Sequence record: MW735835.1 | Reading direction: 5' to 3' (one strand) | DNA length: 64,000 bases | Shown here: positions 28,552-38,233 of the stretch, in pieces | How the letters are laid out: the number at the start of each line of letters is the position of its first letter | Position numbering within the stretch: the stretch's first letter is position 1 | Notes under the pieces: generated by a model | Database searches by the model: none | Told to the model about the DNA's origin: nothing | What the model saw: the letters and a program-made list of their open reading frames with translations, nothing else | Position numbers and translations under genes: made by a program

Positions 28552-28926
28552 ATGAGCGCATCCGCTAGCTTGAATGCTCTGGCACAGAGCAGCAGTCGGT
28601 ATCTCGCCCTACTGCGAGACATCATCCTTAAAGGCATTCCGCAAGTCTTCACTCCGTCTGGAAGACTCACCACCGGTCCATTGAAAGAGTGGTATGGAAC
28701 GGTAACGTCCGTCAACGGAGTGTGGACGGCCAACGTGCAGAACGCAGGGTTTGTTCAGATCCTTCACGTTGATCCTCAGGCTGTTTACAATGATACCGCG
28801 TACAACCAGCAAGTCACAGCGTCCATCAACTCTGTCTCCCTGACTTCGATCTCCGGTCGTGTCATCCGGGATGGCGGTAAAGCGGGCCCGAACTGTTCTG
28901 TCATGGTTAAAGTTACGGGAAGGTAA
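28552..28926 (+). CDS. Tail-fibre-associated small protein
   Basis: N-terminal helix shared with neighbouring tail genes; beta-rich C-terminus. Confidence 0.7.
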   Translation: MSASASLNALAQSSSRYLALLRDIILKGIPQVFTPSGRLTTGPLKEWYGTVTSVNGVWTANVQNAGFVQILHVDPQAVYNDTAYNQQVTASINSVSLTSISGRVIRDGGKAGPNCSVMVKVTGR

Positions 28927-28932
28927 TGTCCT

Positions 28933-29550
28933 ATGTACTACTTCTACCCCGCCGAAAAGGCATTCAACCATGGCGCCTCCATTTGGCCTACGTCTGTCGA
29001 AGTCACTGATGCGGTTTATGCTCAGTTGATGATCGATCTGGACAACGGCTATGTGTTGGAGGTCGATGAGAACGGTCATCCGTATAGCGTGGCTCCTTCC
29101 GAACCTTCGGTGAAGCCAATCGCTGATCTGTTCCAAGAACGCTTGGCCAGATTGAACAACGACTACGAGGCAGCAGTCTTGTACCTCAAGTCGACGTACC
29201 CGCCATCGGAAGTCATCACGTGGCCCGTGCAGATCATTGAGGCACGCGCTATTTTCTCGTGGCTGGATGCGAACCCCACCCTGACCATCGCTGATATGCC
29301 TGAAAGCATAGCGCCGTTCCTGGTGGCGCTGAGTGCCTCACGTGTAGCATTGGGTTATCCCAGTGACTTGCAACACTTGGCGCAACGCGTGATCGAGAAC
29401 GATGCATTGTTCACCCCTGCTTTGGCGAATGTCACCGCGGTGCGTCACATGACCGAGAAAGAGATGTTGGCTGCGGTGAATGCGAACGATAGCATCCTGC
29501 TGATGGCCATCACTTGGACGTTCCCCTATCCGCCTGTCGTGATCGAATGA
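28933..29550 (+). CDS. Tail fibre assembly/chaperone-like protein
   Basis: MYYF.P..KAF...VEVTDAVYAQL...G..L..DENG.P N-domain; YP.SEV.TW..Q..EARA motif. Confidence 0.75.
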   Translation: MYYFYPAEKAFNHGASIWPTSVEVTDAVYAQLMIDLDNGYVLEVDENGHPYSVAPSEPSVKPIADLFQERLARLNNDYEAAVLYLKSTYPPSEVITWPVQIIEARAIFSWLDANPTLTIADMPESIAPFLVALSASRVALGYPSDLQHLAQRVIENDALFTPALANVTAVRHMTEKEMLAAVNANDSILLMAITWTFPYPPVVIE

Positions 29551-29557
29551 AATAAAA

Positions 29558-29581
29558 TTCAACGATACATGATAGCAGTGA
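29558..29581 (+). promoter_or_regulatory. Conserved early promoter, copy 2
   Basis: TTCAACGATACATGATAGCAGTGA. Confidence 0.7.
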
Positions 29582-29615
29582 TCATACTAACCATGTCCCT
29601 TTGGGAGATCTCAAG

Positions 29616-30029
29616 ATGCGTGACAGACACGGCATTAGCATCATCATGGCCGACTCCGGTGACGAAGTCGACAGTATCATTCATCTGCTAGGCATTACCG
29701 AAGCATTTCCGCTCCGTTCTTTGGAGCAGATGTTTCAGCTCGACCCTGACGCGGTCTACTTCGTGGTCATGCGGACCAAGGAAGAGATGACCAAGTTCGC
29801 TGAGTACTTCACTGTCAAACGTGGAGTGATGTCAGTGGGCGGACATCGTAGCAGTCTGGGCTTCAACGTGGATTGGATGTCGAAGATCCTCCTGAAGCCT
29901 CGGACTCAACCATCTCCCAGTGTGGCAGCGGTGGTGGAGAAAGCCTTACCCAAGGCGTTCACTGCAATCGAGATCCCGCCGCACATCGAGAAGGACGATC
30001 CGTACGCCGATTTGGGTTACAGGCGCTAA
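29616..30029 (+). CDS. Hypothetical early protein
   Basis: GGGAGA RBS downstream of the conserved promoter. Confidence 0.75.
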   Translation: MRDRHGISIIMADSGDEVDSIIHLLGITEAFPLRSLEQMFQLDPDAVYFVVMRTKEEMTKFAEYFTVKRGVMSVGGHRSSLGFNVDWMSKILLKPRTQPSPSVAAVVEKALPKAFTAIEIPPHIEKDDPYADLGYRR

Positions 30030-30148
30030 TAAGCATGGGCGGGGTAATCCCCGCCCTTATGCCCTTTTTTCTTTGGTTGTAATTAAAAATTATAGAGCAA
30101 TACATTATAACCATGGAAGCACAACCATAAATCCATTAAGGGGATATC

Positions 30149-30988
30149 ATGAAAGAAGCACTCGCCAACGAAACTGAACGCAACCAACAAGCCGCTGGGA
30201 AGGCTGAAGGGGACGTTCGGATCAGCGATCTGCCAGTCATGGGAGAAGGGGTTGAGGATCTCTCGCTGAGCGACAACAATCCGCATGTCGGTATGGAGGC
30301 TATCATGGGCAAGGCACTCGATGAGCCTGAGCATGAGGTTGTCAATGACGAACAAGGTCGTCCGATCAAGATTTACGGATACAGCGGCAACAGCTCTGCT
30401 GGTTCGGTAGCCCACACTGATCGCGGCGACATGTCCATCAGTGATATCATCGATCTGCGCAATGGTGTACCTCGCGGTACTACCAGCCGTGACCTCGCCA
30501 TCGATCCCGGCATCCGCGCCCGTACTCGTCTCGAGACCCGCGGTCAAAAGATCAAGCGTGCTGCGGTGCGTACCTACCTGATCCTTCTCACGTTGATCCT
30601 GGCAGCTGTAGGTAGCCTCGGTTACTACATTTACCATCAGACCTTCGAAGTGCCCGGCAAACGCCTGACCGACTATCGTCCCTGCTCCTACGTCGACGAG
30701 AAGCTCGGCCTGGAGATCACGGGTCGTCGTGAATTCTCCTACCTGGAGCGTTCGCTGTTCGGCGTTCACTACCGGCTGGAGAAGGACATCAGTGAGCGCA
30801 CTCAGATCGACATCCGTGGCGAGGCCATCACTGCCGTCGGCTTGACTGGCGACAAAGCCAAGCCATTCTGGGCGAAATTCGCTGACATGGGTGAACGAGG
30901 TATTATGATACTCGACCCCGCGAATCAGTATGTCTTCACCACCAAGAAGAAGGCAGTCGTGATCGACTACGATCAATTCTGCCGCTAA
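30149..30988 (+). CDS. Single-pass membrane protein
   Basis: TM TYLILLTLILAAVGSLGYYIY; AAGGGG RBS; TACATTAT motif upstream. Confidence 0.8.
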   Translation: MKEALANETERNQQAAGKAEGDVRISDLPVMGEGVEDLSLSDNNPHVGMEAIMGKALDEPEHEVVNDEQGRPIKIYGYSGNSSAGSVAHTDRGDMSISDIIDLRNGVPRGTTSRDLAIDPGIRARTRLETRGQKIKRAAVRTYLILLTLILAAVGSLGYYIYHQTFEVPGKRLTDYRPCSYVDEKLGLEITGRREFSYLERSLFGVHYRLEKDISERTQIDIRGEAITAVGLTGDKAKPFWAKFADMGERGIMILDPANQYVFTTKKKAVVIDYDQFCR

Positions 30989-31056
30989 GTAACGACATCA
31001 AGACAGGGAGGCTACGGCCTCCCGCATTATCCATCTGCACGCAACCAAGGAACATC

Positions 31057-31266
31057 ATGGCAGACATCGACGCATCGGTAAAGAACATCCAGCAATCCAT
31101 CGCCGCACTGCTGGAGCGCGTCAATAAAGGGGAAGTTCTGTCCAAGGAAGAAGCTCAGGCACTCCTCGAGTGTCGAAAGCAGTTCGACCAGCTCAAGCAG
31201 GTCGACACTTACAAGGAAATTCTGCGTGGCACCAAACTGAAAGAACTCACTGACAAGTGGGCTTAG
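31057..31266 (+). CDS. Small coiled-coil protein
   Basis: AAGGA RBS, heptad pattern. Confidence 0.7.
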   Translation: MADIDASVKNIQQSIAALLERVNKGEVLSKEEAQALLECRKQFDQLKQVDTYKEILRGTKLKELTDKWA

Positions 31267-31274
31267 GGGGCATC

Positions 31275-31634
31275 ATGAGTAATCGCAATCTGGCAGCGTG
31301 TTACGACACGGTCATCTATTTCCAGGACAAGGGCAAGCCGCGTCAGTACATCAAGGCGATCGGCAAAGACCTCCTCGAGTTCATTTACTTCACGGAGAAT
31401 CTGGACGAAGCCAAACTGTTCCGCCCCCATGTAGGCTGGGCAGGTGAAGGCATCGACTACGACTCTTACCACAACGCGTTCAACATCTTGGTCCAGCGCT
31501 TGCGCAAGGATGACAAGTATCGTGTGGCGTTGGGGAATGAGATCTTCGACGAAACCAATAACCAGACGGTCGTCGCAGCCATGCGCATCGAGCACACCGA
31601 CCGTCTGACCACCGTACTGATGCCGCAGGAGTAA
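31275..31634 (+). CDS. Hypothetical protein
   Basis: AGGGGG RBS. Confidence 0.75.
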   Translation: MSNRNLAACYDTVIYFQDKGKPRQYIKAIGKDLLEFIYFTENLDEAKLFRPHVGWAGEGIDYDSYHNAFNILVQRLRKDDKYRVALGNEIFDETNNQTVVAAMRIEHTDRLTTVLMPQE

Positions 31635-31636
31635 CC

Positions 31637-31993
31637 GTGAGCAAATCTGAGGAACCGATTGTCGTCATCAAATGGCTACACTCGTCCTCGGGCCGCAGTA
31701 AACGCAGCGAGATCGTCAACCAAGGATGCTTCGTGCTCGAGCACGAAGCTACCGGGCGCTTCTATCTGGGCCAGAGCGACAACGTCAGCAAAGACGTCGA
31801 TAAACAACTTTCCCAACTGGCAAACGGCAAGCACCCGAACAAGATCCTGAACGTCCTCTACGAGAAGGACAACGAGATCCGGGTGTTCGAATATCCACAG
31901 AAGGCAAAGAAGAAACGCGTAACCCTCATGCGTGAGCTGATTGAGAAGGCCGGCTACCTTTGCCTAAATCCAAGAGATGTCCGCAATGTATAA
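31637..31993 (+). CDS. Degenerate GIY-YIG-like protein
   Basis: GCFVLEHEATGRFYLGQS.N...L..GKHPN..L...Y pattern; the catalytic Arg position appears substituted. Confidence 0.6.
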   Translation: MSKSEEPIVVIKWLHSSSGRSKRSEIVNQGCFVLEHEATGRFYLGQSDNVSKDVDKQLSQLANGKHPNKILNVLYEKDNEIRVFEYPQKAKKKRVTLMRELIEKAGYLCLNPRDVRNV

Positions 31994-32492
31994 AGACCTG
32001 AAGCTTCCCAAGCTGGTGCAGCAGATTCTCCTGGTCACCCGTGACCACATTCTTTCTTCGTCCGCCAAGTGCCACATGTTGGTGCTGGCGACTCCCAAGT
32101 TCCTCAAGGACAATCCGCACCTGAAGCCGAGCGCGTTCGAACACGCGATCTTCGGCCCGGTCGTGGTCCTGAACATCACCCCGCAAGCGATCGGCCCGAT
32201 CACCTTGGGTGATGACTTCATCAGCTTCGAAGCCCGCTACAGTGGTGCCCTGCTGACCAACTTCGTGACCATGGGTGACATCGTTGGCTTGTATTCGCCA
32301 GAAGAAGGCTCGGTCATGATCGACGTCGGTGTGGTCAACCTCATCGGTGATACCGGCATGGGTGACGGCAGTGTCGGCATGATTGCTGCCCGTCCGCTGA
32401 ACAGCTACGAGCCGGCAGAATCCGAAGCCCAGGTCCAAACCCAACCCGTTCAACCGCCGCGTGAGCGCCCTAGCCTGAAGGTAGTCAAATGA
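31977..32492 (+). CDS. sspB: Stringent starvation protein B-like ClpXP adaptor
   Basis: VVLNITPQAIGPITLGDDFISFEARYSG core and C-terminal ClpX-binding motif RPSLKVVK. Confidence 0.85.
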   Translation: MSAMYKDLKLPKLVQQILLVTRDHILSSSAKCHMLVLATPKFLKDNPHLKPSAFEHAIFGPVVVLNITPQAIGPITLGDDFISFEARYSGALLTNFVTMGDIVGLYSPEEGSVMIDVGVVNLIGDTGMGDGSVGMIAARPLNSYEPAESEAQVQTQPVQPPRERPSLKVVK

Positions 32493-32911
32493 GTCAGATA
32501 GCTCTGTTCGATGACGGCCGTAAAGAACCTGTCGAGTACGCTTTCGGCGTCCCGGTGCAGGTCTTAATCCCGGACTCCCATGGCCTGACCCAGGCTGAGG
32601 TCGATGACCTGATGCCGTCGGCTGCCCTGCCGATCTTCACCACCTATCCGAAGCGCAACCTGCGTCCGGGTCTGGCGGATTTCTATGCCAAGCTCAAGCC
32701 GGCTAAGATCGGCTACCTGCGGGCCTCAGGCTTCGTAAAAGGAAATGAAGGCTGGGTATTACATGGGAGAATCGAGTATGGGGACAATGTGCGCAGTGAA
32801 CTGCTCACCGATCCCCGCCTGGTGGTTCTCAGTGTCGACATCGAACGTGGCGATCCTTCTAAGGGGCGAAAGGCTATTGGCCTGGACCGGATGATGGTAA
32901 GCCCGAAGTAA
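32489..32911 (+). CDS. Hypothetical protein
   Basis: ATGA-coupled to sspB. Confidence 0.75.
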   Translation: MSQIALFDDGRKEPVEYAFGVPVQVLIPDSHGLTQAEVDDLMPSAALPIFTTYPKRNLRPGLADFYAKLKPAKIGYLRASGFVKGNEGWVLHGRIEYGDNVRSELLTDPRLVVLSVDIERGDPSKGRKAIGLDRMMVSPK

Positions 32912-32920
32912 GGAGCCTCC

Positions 32921-34915
32921 ATGGACAACCGCATCGAAGCCCTGCGGGCAGAGATCAGTCGTCTGAACGATCTCTACTACAACGAAGGGGATTCCGGCGT
33001 CGAAGATGCCGTGTACGATTCCCTGAAGAAGGAACTGCGGGAACTCGAAGGTGAAACCGACGACCCGCTGTCCCCTCTGAACATCATCGGGGCTCCCGTC
33101 GCCGGGGGCTTCGATAAAGTCAAGCACCTGACCCCCATGCAGAGCCTGGGCAACGTGTATAACGAGACTGAACTCACCGACTGGTGTGACAATCTCGAGT
33201 ATCCGGCCTGCGCTCAGATGGAACTCAAGCATGACGGCCTGGCCATTGACCTGCTGTACGACAAGACTCACCTGAAGTATGCCGCTACCCGCGGCGACGG
33301 TGAAGTCGGTGATGATATCACCGATAACGCCATTTACTTCGAGGGTGTGCCAGAGCAGCTGCGTGGTTTCAGCGGTAAAGTTGAAATCCGTGGTGAAGCT
33401 GTCATCCCGCACAAGCACTTCAAGCGTGTTTGTGAACTGCGTGAGTCGCTGGGCAAGAAAGTCTACGCCAACCCCCGCAACATGGTGGCTGGACTGGCTC
33501 GCAAAAAGGAAGGAGCGGAGCTGCAAGGCATGGGCATCCGCTTCATCGCCTACGATGCAGTCATTCACACCGACGAAGGCCCGCTTTCGGTGCCGATGTC
33601 GTACTTCCAGCAGGATCTTCAGAGCCAGTTCTACATCTCTCTGCCGGTCTGGGAGGGTTTGACCAGCGATATCGTCAACATCGTCGAAACAATCGACGAC
33701 GTAGCCGAGACTCGTGAGACCCTAGGGCATGACATTGACGGCTTGGTACTGAAATTGATCAAGCCTGAAGACCGCAAAGCCCTCGGCAGCCGTTCTACCA
33801 GCCCGCGATGGGCCGTGGCGTACAAGTTCGAAGCCCAGACCACGACCTCAGTGCTGCAAAGCGTCGAATTGCAGGTCGGTCGTACCGGGGCCATCACCCC
33901 AGTGGCCAAGATCAAGCCCGTCAAGCTCTGCGGTGTGACCATCAGCAGCGTGACGCTTCACAATTTCGAAGAAATCGAGCGGTTGGACCTCCGTCTGCTC
34001 GACACGGTTGTCGTTTCCCGTCGTGGCGACGTCATCCCGAAGATCGAAAGCGTGATCACGGCTCTGCGTACTGACGAACACGGCATCATCCCCATTCCCA
34101 CGGAGTGTCCGTGCTGTGGGGCGCCGTTGAGCAAGAAGGAAGTGGGCAAAGAAGAAGGTGTGAAGCTGTACTGCACCAACTCCGTCACCTGTCCTGCTCA
34201 GGTCATCAACAAAATGGCCTACTTTGTCAGCCGCGATGGCATCGACGTGAAGAACCTCGGCCCAGCCGCCGTCGAATCCTTGATTGTGTCGGGTTCGTTG
34301 GGGTCGTTCAGCTCGTTGTTCCACCTGACCGAGTCGGATTTCTACAACGCTGGCATCGGGGAAGCCATGACCGACAAGATCATGGCCAGTATCGAACGCT
34401 GCAAGAAGCTGCCGTTCAAGAAAGTCCTGCGTGCTGTCGGTATCCCGGAAGTCGGCGACTCCACTGCTCGTGATTTGGCGTTGTTCTACTCGTCGTTCAA
34501 GGAGTTGTTCGAAGCCAAGGCTGAAGACATTGAACGAATCCCGGACATCGGCCCTGCGGTCTCTGCAAGCCTCGCTAAGGCGTTCGAATCCAATGGCGCC
34601 GATTACCTGGCCTTGGATAAGATCCTCACCTACGAGGCTGATACGGTCCTTAAAGCCGAGATTCAGGACCTCGCCGGCAAAACTGTGGTGGTGAGTGGCA
34701 GTGACTTCGATGGTAAGTCGCGCAAGGAGATGGAAGCCGACGTGATTTCGCGTGGTGCTAAGCTCTCCAAGTCCGTCAGCAAGAAAACCGACATCCTCTT
34801 CGCAGGTATTGGTGCTGGCCCAGACAAAGTCAAGACCGCCAAAGAGCTGGGGTTCGTCGTTGATGGCATCATGATGACCAATCCCAATTCCCTCACTCGC
34901 ATTCTTCCTCTGTAA
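32921..34915 (+). CDS. ligA: NAD-dependent DNA ligase
   Basis: Y..YY...D..YD, KHDGLA, RGDG..GDDIT, EIRGE, ANPRN..AG, DGLVLK, PRWAVAYKF, CPCCG zinc finger, HhH repeats, C-terminal BRCT. Confidence 0.97.
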   Translation: MDNRIEALRAEISRLNDLYYNEGDSGVEDAVYDSLKKELRELEGETDDPLSPLNIIGAPVAGGFDKVKHLTPMQSLGNVYNETELTDWCDNLEYPACAQMELKHDGLAIDLLYDKTHLKYAATRGDGEVGDDITDNAIYFEGVPEQLRGFSGKVEIRGEAVIPHKHFKRVCELRESLGKKVYANPRNMVAGLARKKEGAELQGMGIRFIAYDAVIHTDEGPLSVPMSYFQQDLQSQFYISLPVWEGLTSDIVNIVETIDDVAETRETLGHDIDGLVLKLIKPEDRKALGSRSTSPRWAVAYKFEAQTTTSVLQSVELQVGRTGAITPVAKIKPVKLCGVTISSVTLHNFEEIERLDLRLLDTVVVSRRGDVIPKIESVITALRTDEHGIIPIPTECPCCGAPLSKKEVGKEEGVKLYCTNSVTCPAQVINKMAYFVSRDGIDVKNLGPAAVESLIVSGSLGSFSSLFHLTESDFYNAGIGEAMTDKIMASIERCKKLPFKKVLRAVGIPEVGDSTARDLALFYSSFKELFEAKAEDIERIPDIGPAVSASLAKAFESNGADYLALDKILTYEADTVLKAEIQDLAGKTVVVSGSDFDGKSRKEMEADVISRGAKLSKSVSKKTDILFAGIGAGPDKVKTAKELGFVVDGIMMTNPNSLTRILPL

Positions 34916-34928
34916 ACAGGAGTACTCA

Positions 34929-35393
34929 ATGAGCACCCAACAACTGATCATGTTCGACAAGCCGCTGACCATCGAGGAGGCCGTGCAAGCGGCCCCTGAC
35001 CAAGCTCTGGCGCTTCCCTGGGGTGTCCAGTCCATGGTGGCCGACACGGTGCGTCACATGGTCCTGCTGGCGTCGTCCATCAGCGAACACTACCGCTATG
35101 CCCTCGGCCTGTCCGGAGGCATCGCCCAGTACCTTTACGACCAACCGGCCGGTGCCATCACCAACCCGGATCTCTTCCTGCGCACCGCTCAGGTTGGTAG
35201 CCTGATCGGTCACTTCGATGGCTTGGAAACCCATGCCATCCAGGCCGAGATCCCCGAAGACGAACAGTGCATGATGCTGCTCGTCATCAACGACGACAAG
35301 CTGGTAGTCGGCTACCTGCTCACCAAGCTGCGCGAGTACGGCGACCACATCAACGTGAACAACGTCCTTCCTAAGACCAAGGCGGCTCAATAA
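34929..35393 (+). CDS. Hypothetical protein
   Basis: AGGAG RBS, biased codons. Confidence 0.8.
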   Translation: MSTQQLIMFDKPLTIEEAVQAAPDQALALPWGVQSMVADTVRHMVLLASSISEHYRYALGLSGGIAQYLYDQPAGAITNPDLFLRTAQVGSLIGHFDGLETHAIQAEIPEDEQCMMLLVINDDKLVVGYLLTKLREYGDHINVNNVLPKTKAAQ

Positions 35394-35954
35394 ATGGAAA
35401 TCTTCAACAAGCTGGTCGACGCCCTGCGTGCTGCGCAGAATGACGACATTCAACTGACCCTGACCGGTAAAGCCGGCCAAGGCAACCTGACTGCGCGAGT
35501 GCACTACAAGCGCGACAACCTGCTGACCAAGATCCTGTACCGCCACGACCTGTCGCGCCTGGGCCCGAACAGCGAAGAGTTGGCCATGTATTGCGCCGGT
35601 CTCGAACGTCCGCAGCAGCACATGTGGACCAAGATCCCCGGCCGTCAAATGGTCGAGTTGGCACGTGTCACCGGTAGCCTGGGTGTGAACCCGGACATGT
35701 ACCTGCCGGCCTGCTGCGACATCGGCGGCCTGGTGCTGAAGGGCTACGACGAGTTCCCGCACACCAGCGCGTACCTGCGCCAGTGGTCTGCCAAGGGCAA
35801 GGGCATCGGCCTCGAGCTGATCGTCCTGTACCGCAGCGAAGCCGAAGTCCACGTCTTCGAGTCGTCGATCAACTACTACATCCAGCCGGACATGGACAAG
35901 TTGGTCGCCAGCCTGAAGAAGATCCACGAAGCCGGCGCTCTCAAGGTCGGCTAA
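35394..35954 (+). CDS. Hypothetical protein
   Basis: TAAATG-coupled, biased codons. Confidence 0.8.
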   Translation: MEIFNKLVDALRAAQNDDIQLTLTGKAGQGNLTARVHYKRDNLLTKILYRHDLSRLGPNSEELAMYCAGLERPQQHMWTKIPGRQMVELARVTGSLGVNPDMYLPACCDIGGLVLKGYDEFPHTSAYLRQWSAKGKGIGLELIVLYRSEAEVHVFESSINYYIQPDMDKLVASLKKIHEAGALKVG

Positions 35955-36470
35955 ATGGTCAAGGTCTCGCTGATCTACGCCCAGAACGAGGACGGTGCCA
36001 TCGGTTTGAAGGGTTCTCACCCGATGCCGTGGCACTTCCCGGAGGACATGCAGCGTTTCGCAGCCCTTACCAAAGGTAAGGCGATGGTCATGGGGTCGAG
36101 TACCTTCGACTCCCTGCCTCGTATCCTTCCGGGTCGCTTCCATTACGTGATGACCCGTAGCCAGGGTCTCCCGCGTCTGGGGCGCCTCGATCAAGTACAG
36201 TTTCTGAACAGCCTCGAGCAGGTGTTCGAGAAAGCCACCCTACACGCTGAAGAACTCTTCGTGATCGGCGGTGGTGACATCTTGAACCAAGCCATGCATT
36301 GGGCTGACACCATTTATCGCACAGTCGTGCTCAACACTCCGCTTCGGGGTCGTGAGCTGGCCAAGGTCAAGAAGCCGGGTGAAGACCCGATCTGGAAACG
36401 CTTCAAGCTGACCGACACCCAGCGCATCGATGATCGTCTGATCTTCGAGACCTACGAACGCATCATCTAA
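35955..36470 (+). CDS. folA: Dihydrofolate reductase
   Basis: IYAQ.E.GAIG...MPWHFPEDMQRF, VMG..TFDSLP..LPGR, FVIGGG.I. Confidence 0.93.
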   Translation: MVKVSLIYAQNEDGAIGLKGSHPMPWHFPEDMQRFAALTKGKAMVMGSSTFDSLPRILPGRFHYVMTRSQGLPRLGRLDQVQFLNSLEQVFEKATLHAEELFVIGGGDILNQAMHWADTIYRTVVLNTPLRGRELAKVKKPGEDPIWKRFKLTDTQRIDDRLIFETYERII

Positions 36471-36480
36471 GGATTGCATC

Positions 36481-36825
36481 ATGAAGAAATGGCTTTTGGT
36501 TATGTTGTCTCTGTTGTGTACTTCTGCATTCGCTGAAGAGCAGCGCTTTGTAATGGAACCCGCTCATTGCAAGGTCCTGAGGCTTCATGCCCTAAAGGCC
36601 ATCACGGGTAAGCAAACTGGGGTTGTGTACCCTCAGTATGTCCGTGAACGGGTGGAGGACTCCCAGTCACTCGTGGCAGGGGAACGGTTGATCTACATGG
36701 ACATCCTTCCGTACTCGCTGGAAATGGCGTACGAGTACTACCACAACGACTTCAACGACAGCACCCCTTACGAGGAAGTGATCTACGACAACTGCATGAA
36801 ACGCGTCGGCGACGTCGCGCAATAA
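36481..36825 (+). CDS. Exported protein
   Basis: Sec signal MKKWLLVMLSLLCTSAFA. Confidence 0.75.
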   Translation: MKKWLLVMLSLLCTSAFAEEQRFVMEPAHCKVLRLHALKAITGKQTGVVYPQYVRERVEDSQSLVAGERLIYMDILPYSLEMAYEYYHNDFNDSTPYEEVIYDNCMKRVGDVAQ

Positions 36826-36909
36826 TACCGGGAGGGCCTAGGCCCTCCCTTTTTATTTTGTCATCTTATGACTCTGTGTCGTTCATTTTTCTTTTAGGGA
36901 ATAAATAAG

Positions 36910-38070
36910 ATGGCCTCTTCAAGTCAGTTGTCTGCAAAGTTTGCAGCGCTGTTGGTTGCCATTGCGGGTAAGATCAATGGAAAGCTGGATGCCGGAGCCA
37001 AGGCTGCGGACTCTGCACTCCTTGACGGTAAGAACATCACGCAGGTAGGGGCCGCAGCCATTGCAGCCAACCTGGGCGGTGTGAACGGCCGTAAAGGCGA
37101 GCTTCCATTCTTCACCCAAGATGGCGTCCCCATGGCTCTTGGCAGTGCTGAACTTTTGACGCAACTGCGAATGGCCAATGATGACACCACCATCGCCAAC
37201 CTCAAGAGCGCTTCGGTCTCGTTCTCCGAGATCTTCAACAAATGGAAGCGCATCAGCCACGGAAGCAACCTGGTGTTCCCGAACATCCCGGCTGAACTGG
37301 ATGGCTGGTCTTACGACAGCGGCACCGATCGAATCTCCTCGACCATCAATAGCGTCAGCTTGATCGGTATCATCAGTACCGATCGGTTCGACAGCTACGA
37401 GTTCGAGACCATCATGAAGTCCACTGCGGCGGACGACGATGGTGTGGGCATGTGCCTGGCGTTCAAGACCATAGGCTCTCGCGAGTACACCCTTTCGGTG
37501 ATGATCTCCGCAGGTGGGATCAGTCCAGCTGGTGGAGTGGTGAACGGGCAGTTGCCTCTCGTGATGGTGGCCGTCAACTACGGACAAGGTGCGGCGAACG
37601 GTCAGGAAATCCTGGCAGTGCAGAACCTGGGTGTCCCTGCTCAGATGTGGAACAACGGTGCGGACTTCGCTGCTGGTGTAAGGGTTGTGGCAAAGCGCAC
37701 AATCACCAACCAGCTCGAGATCACTTGTACCCGTGCCGACGGTTCGCCGTGGCCGACCCCGTTCTACTGGACCGGCGCATTGCCGACCATCTTCCAGACC
37801 AAATGTCCGATCGGTTACCTGGCTATTTCTCAGCCAGGGGCGACTTGGCAGAACGTCAAGCTCCCCACCTCGAAAGCCGATATCATCGACATGCGCGATC
37901 TGACCGTGTGGCGGTACTTGAACAACAACTGGGTGAACGCAGGTAAGGCGAACAACGCCGGCGTGCTGACTCCAGGGCGGCTGTACAAGAACAACATCGG
38001 AACGATGGGCTCGTACTACCTGGACTTCGAGGGTAACTTCATTACCCTCGGCGTACCGAACGTGCTGTAA
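36910..38070 (+). CDS. Tail fibre/receptor-binding-like virion protein
   Basis: KLD....AADSALLDGK fibre motif; N-terminus like 21237 (KF.ALLVAI); lectin-like STAADDDGVG region; late TATG upstream. Confidence 0.7.
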   Translation: MASSSQLSAKFAALLVAIAGKINGKLDAGAKAADSALLDGKNITQVGAAAIAANLGGVNGRKGELPFFTQDGVPMALGSAELLTQLRMANDDTTIANLKSASVSFSEIFNKWKRISHGSNLVFPNIPAELDGWSYDSGTDRISSTINSVSLIGIISTDRFDSYEFETIMKSTAADDDGVGMCLAFKTIGSREYTLSVMISAGGISPAGGVVNGQLPLVMVAVNYGQGAANGQEILAVQNLGVPAQMWNNGADFAAGVRVVAKRTITNQLEITCTRADGSPWPTPFYWTGALPTIFQTKCPIGYLAISQPGATWQNVKLPTSKADIIDMRDLTVWRYLNNNWVNAGKANNAGVLTPGRLYKNNIGTMGSYYLDFEGNFITLGVPNVL

Positions 38071-38233
38071 TAGAGGGAGGGCTTCGGCCCTCCCCTTTTA
38101 TGCGCCAAATCGTATGAATCGGGCTTTTGACTCGATTGTTTCATGGCACTACATTATTCACACGGACAAGGTTATGCCAACACCCTACCCAGTGAAAGAG
38201 AGCCGCAGTTGAGACCGTAAAGGAAAGACTCTC

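Noticed and set aside
34578-34592. GTTCGAATCC tRNA T-loop motif
   Set aside because: Lies inside the ligA coding sequence and has no cloverleaf; no tRNA genes were found in the window
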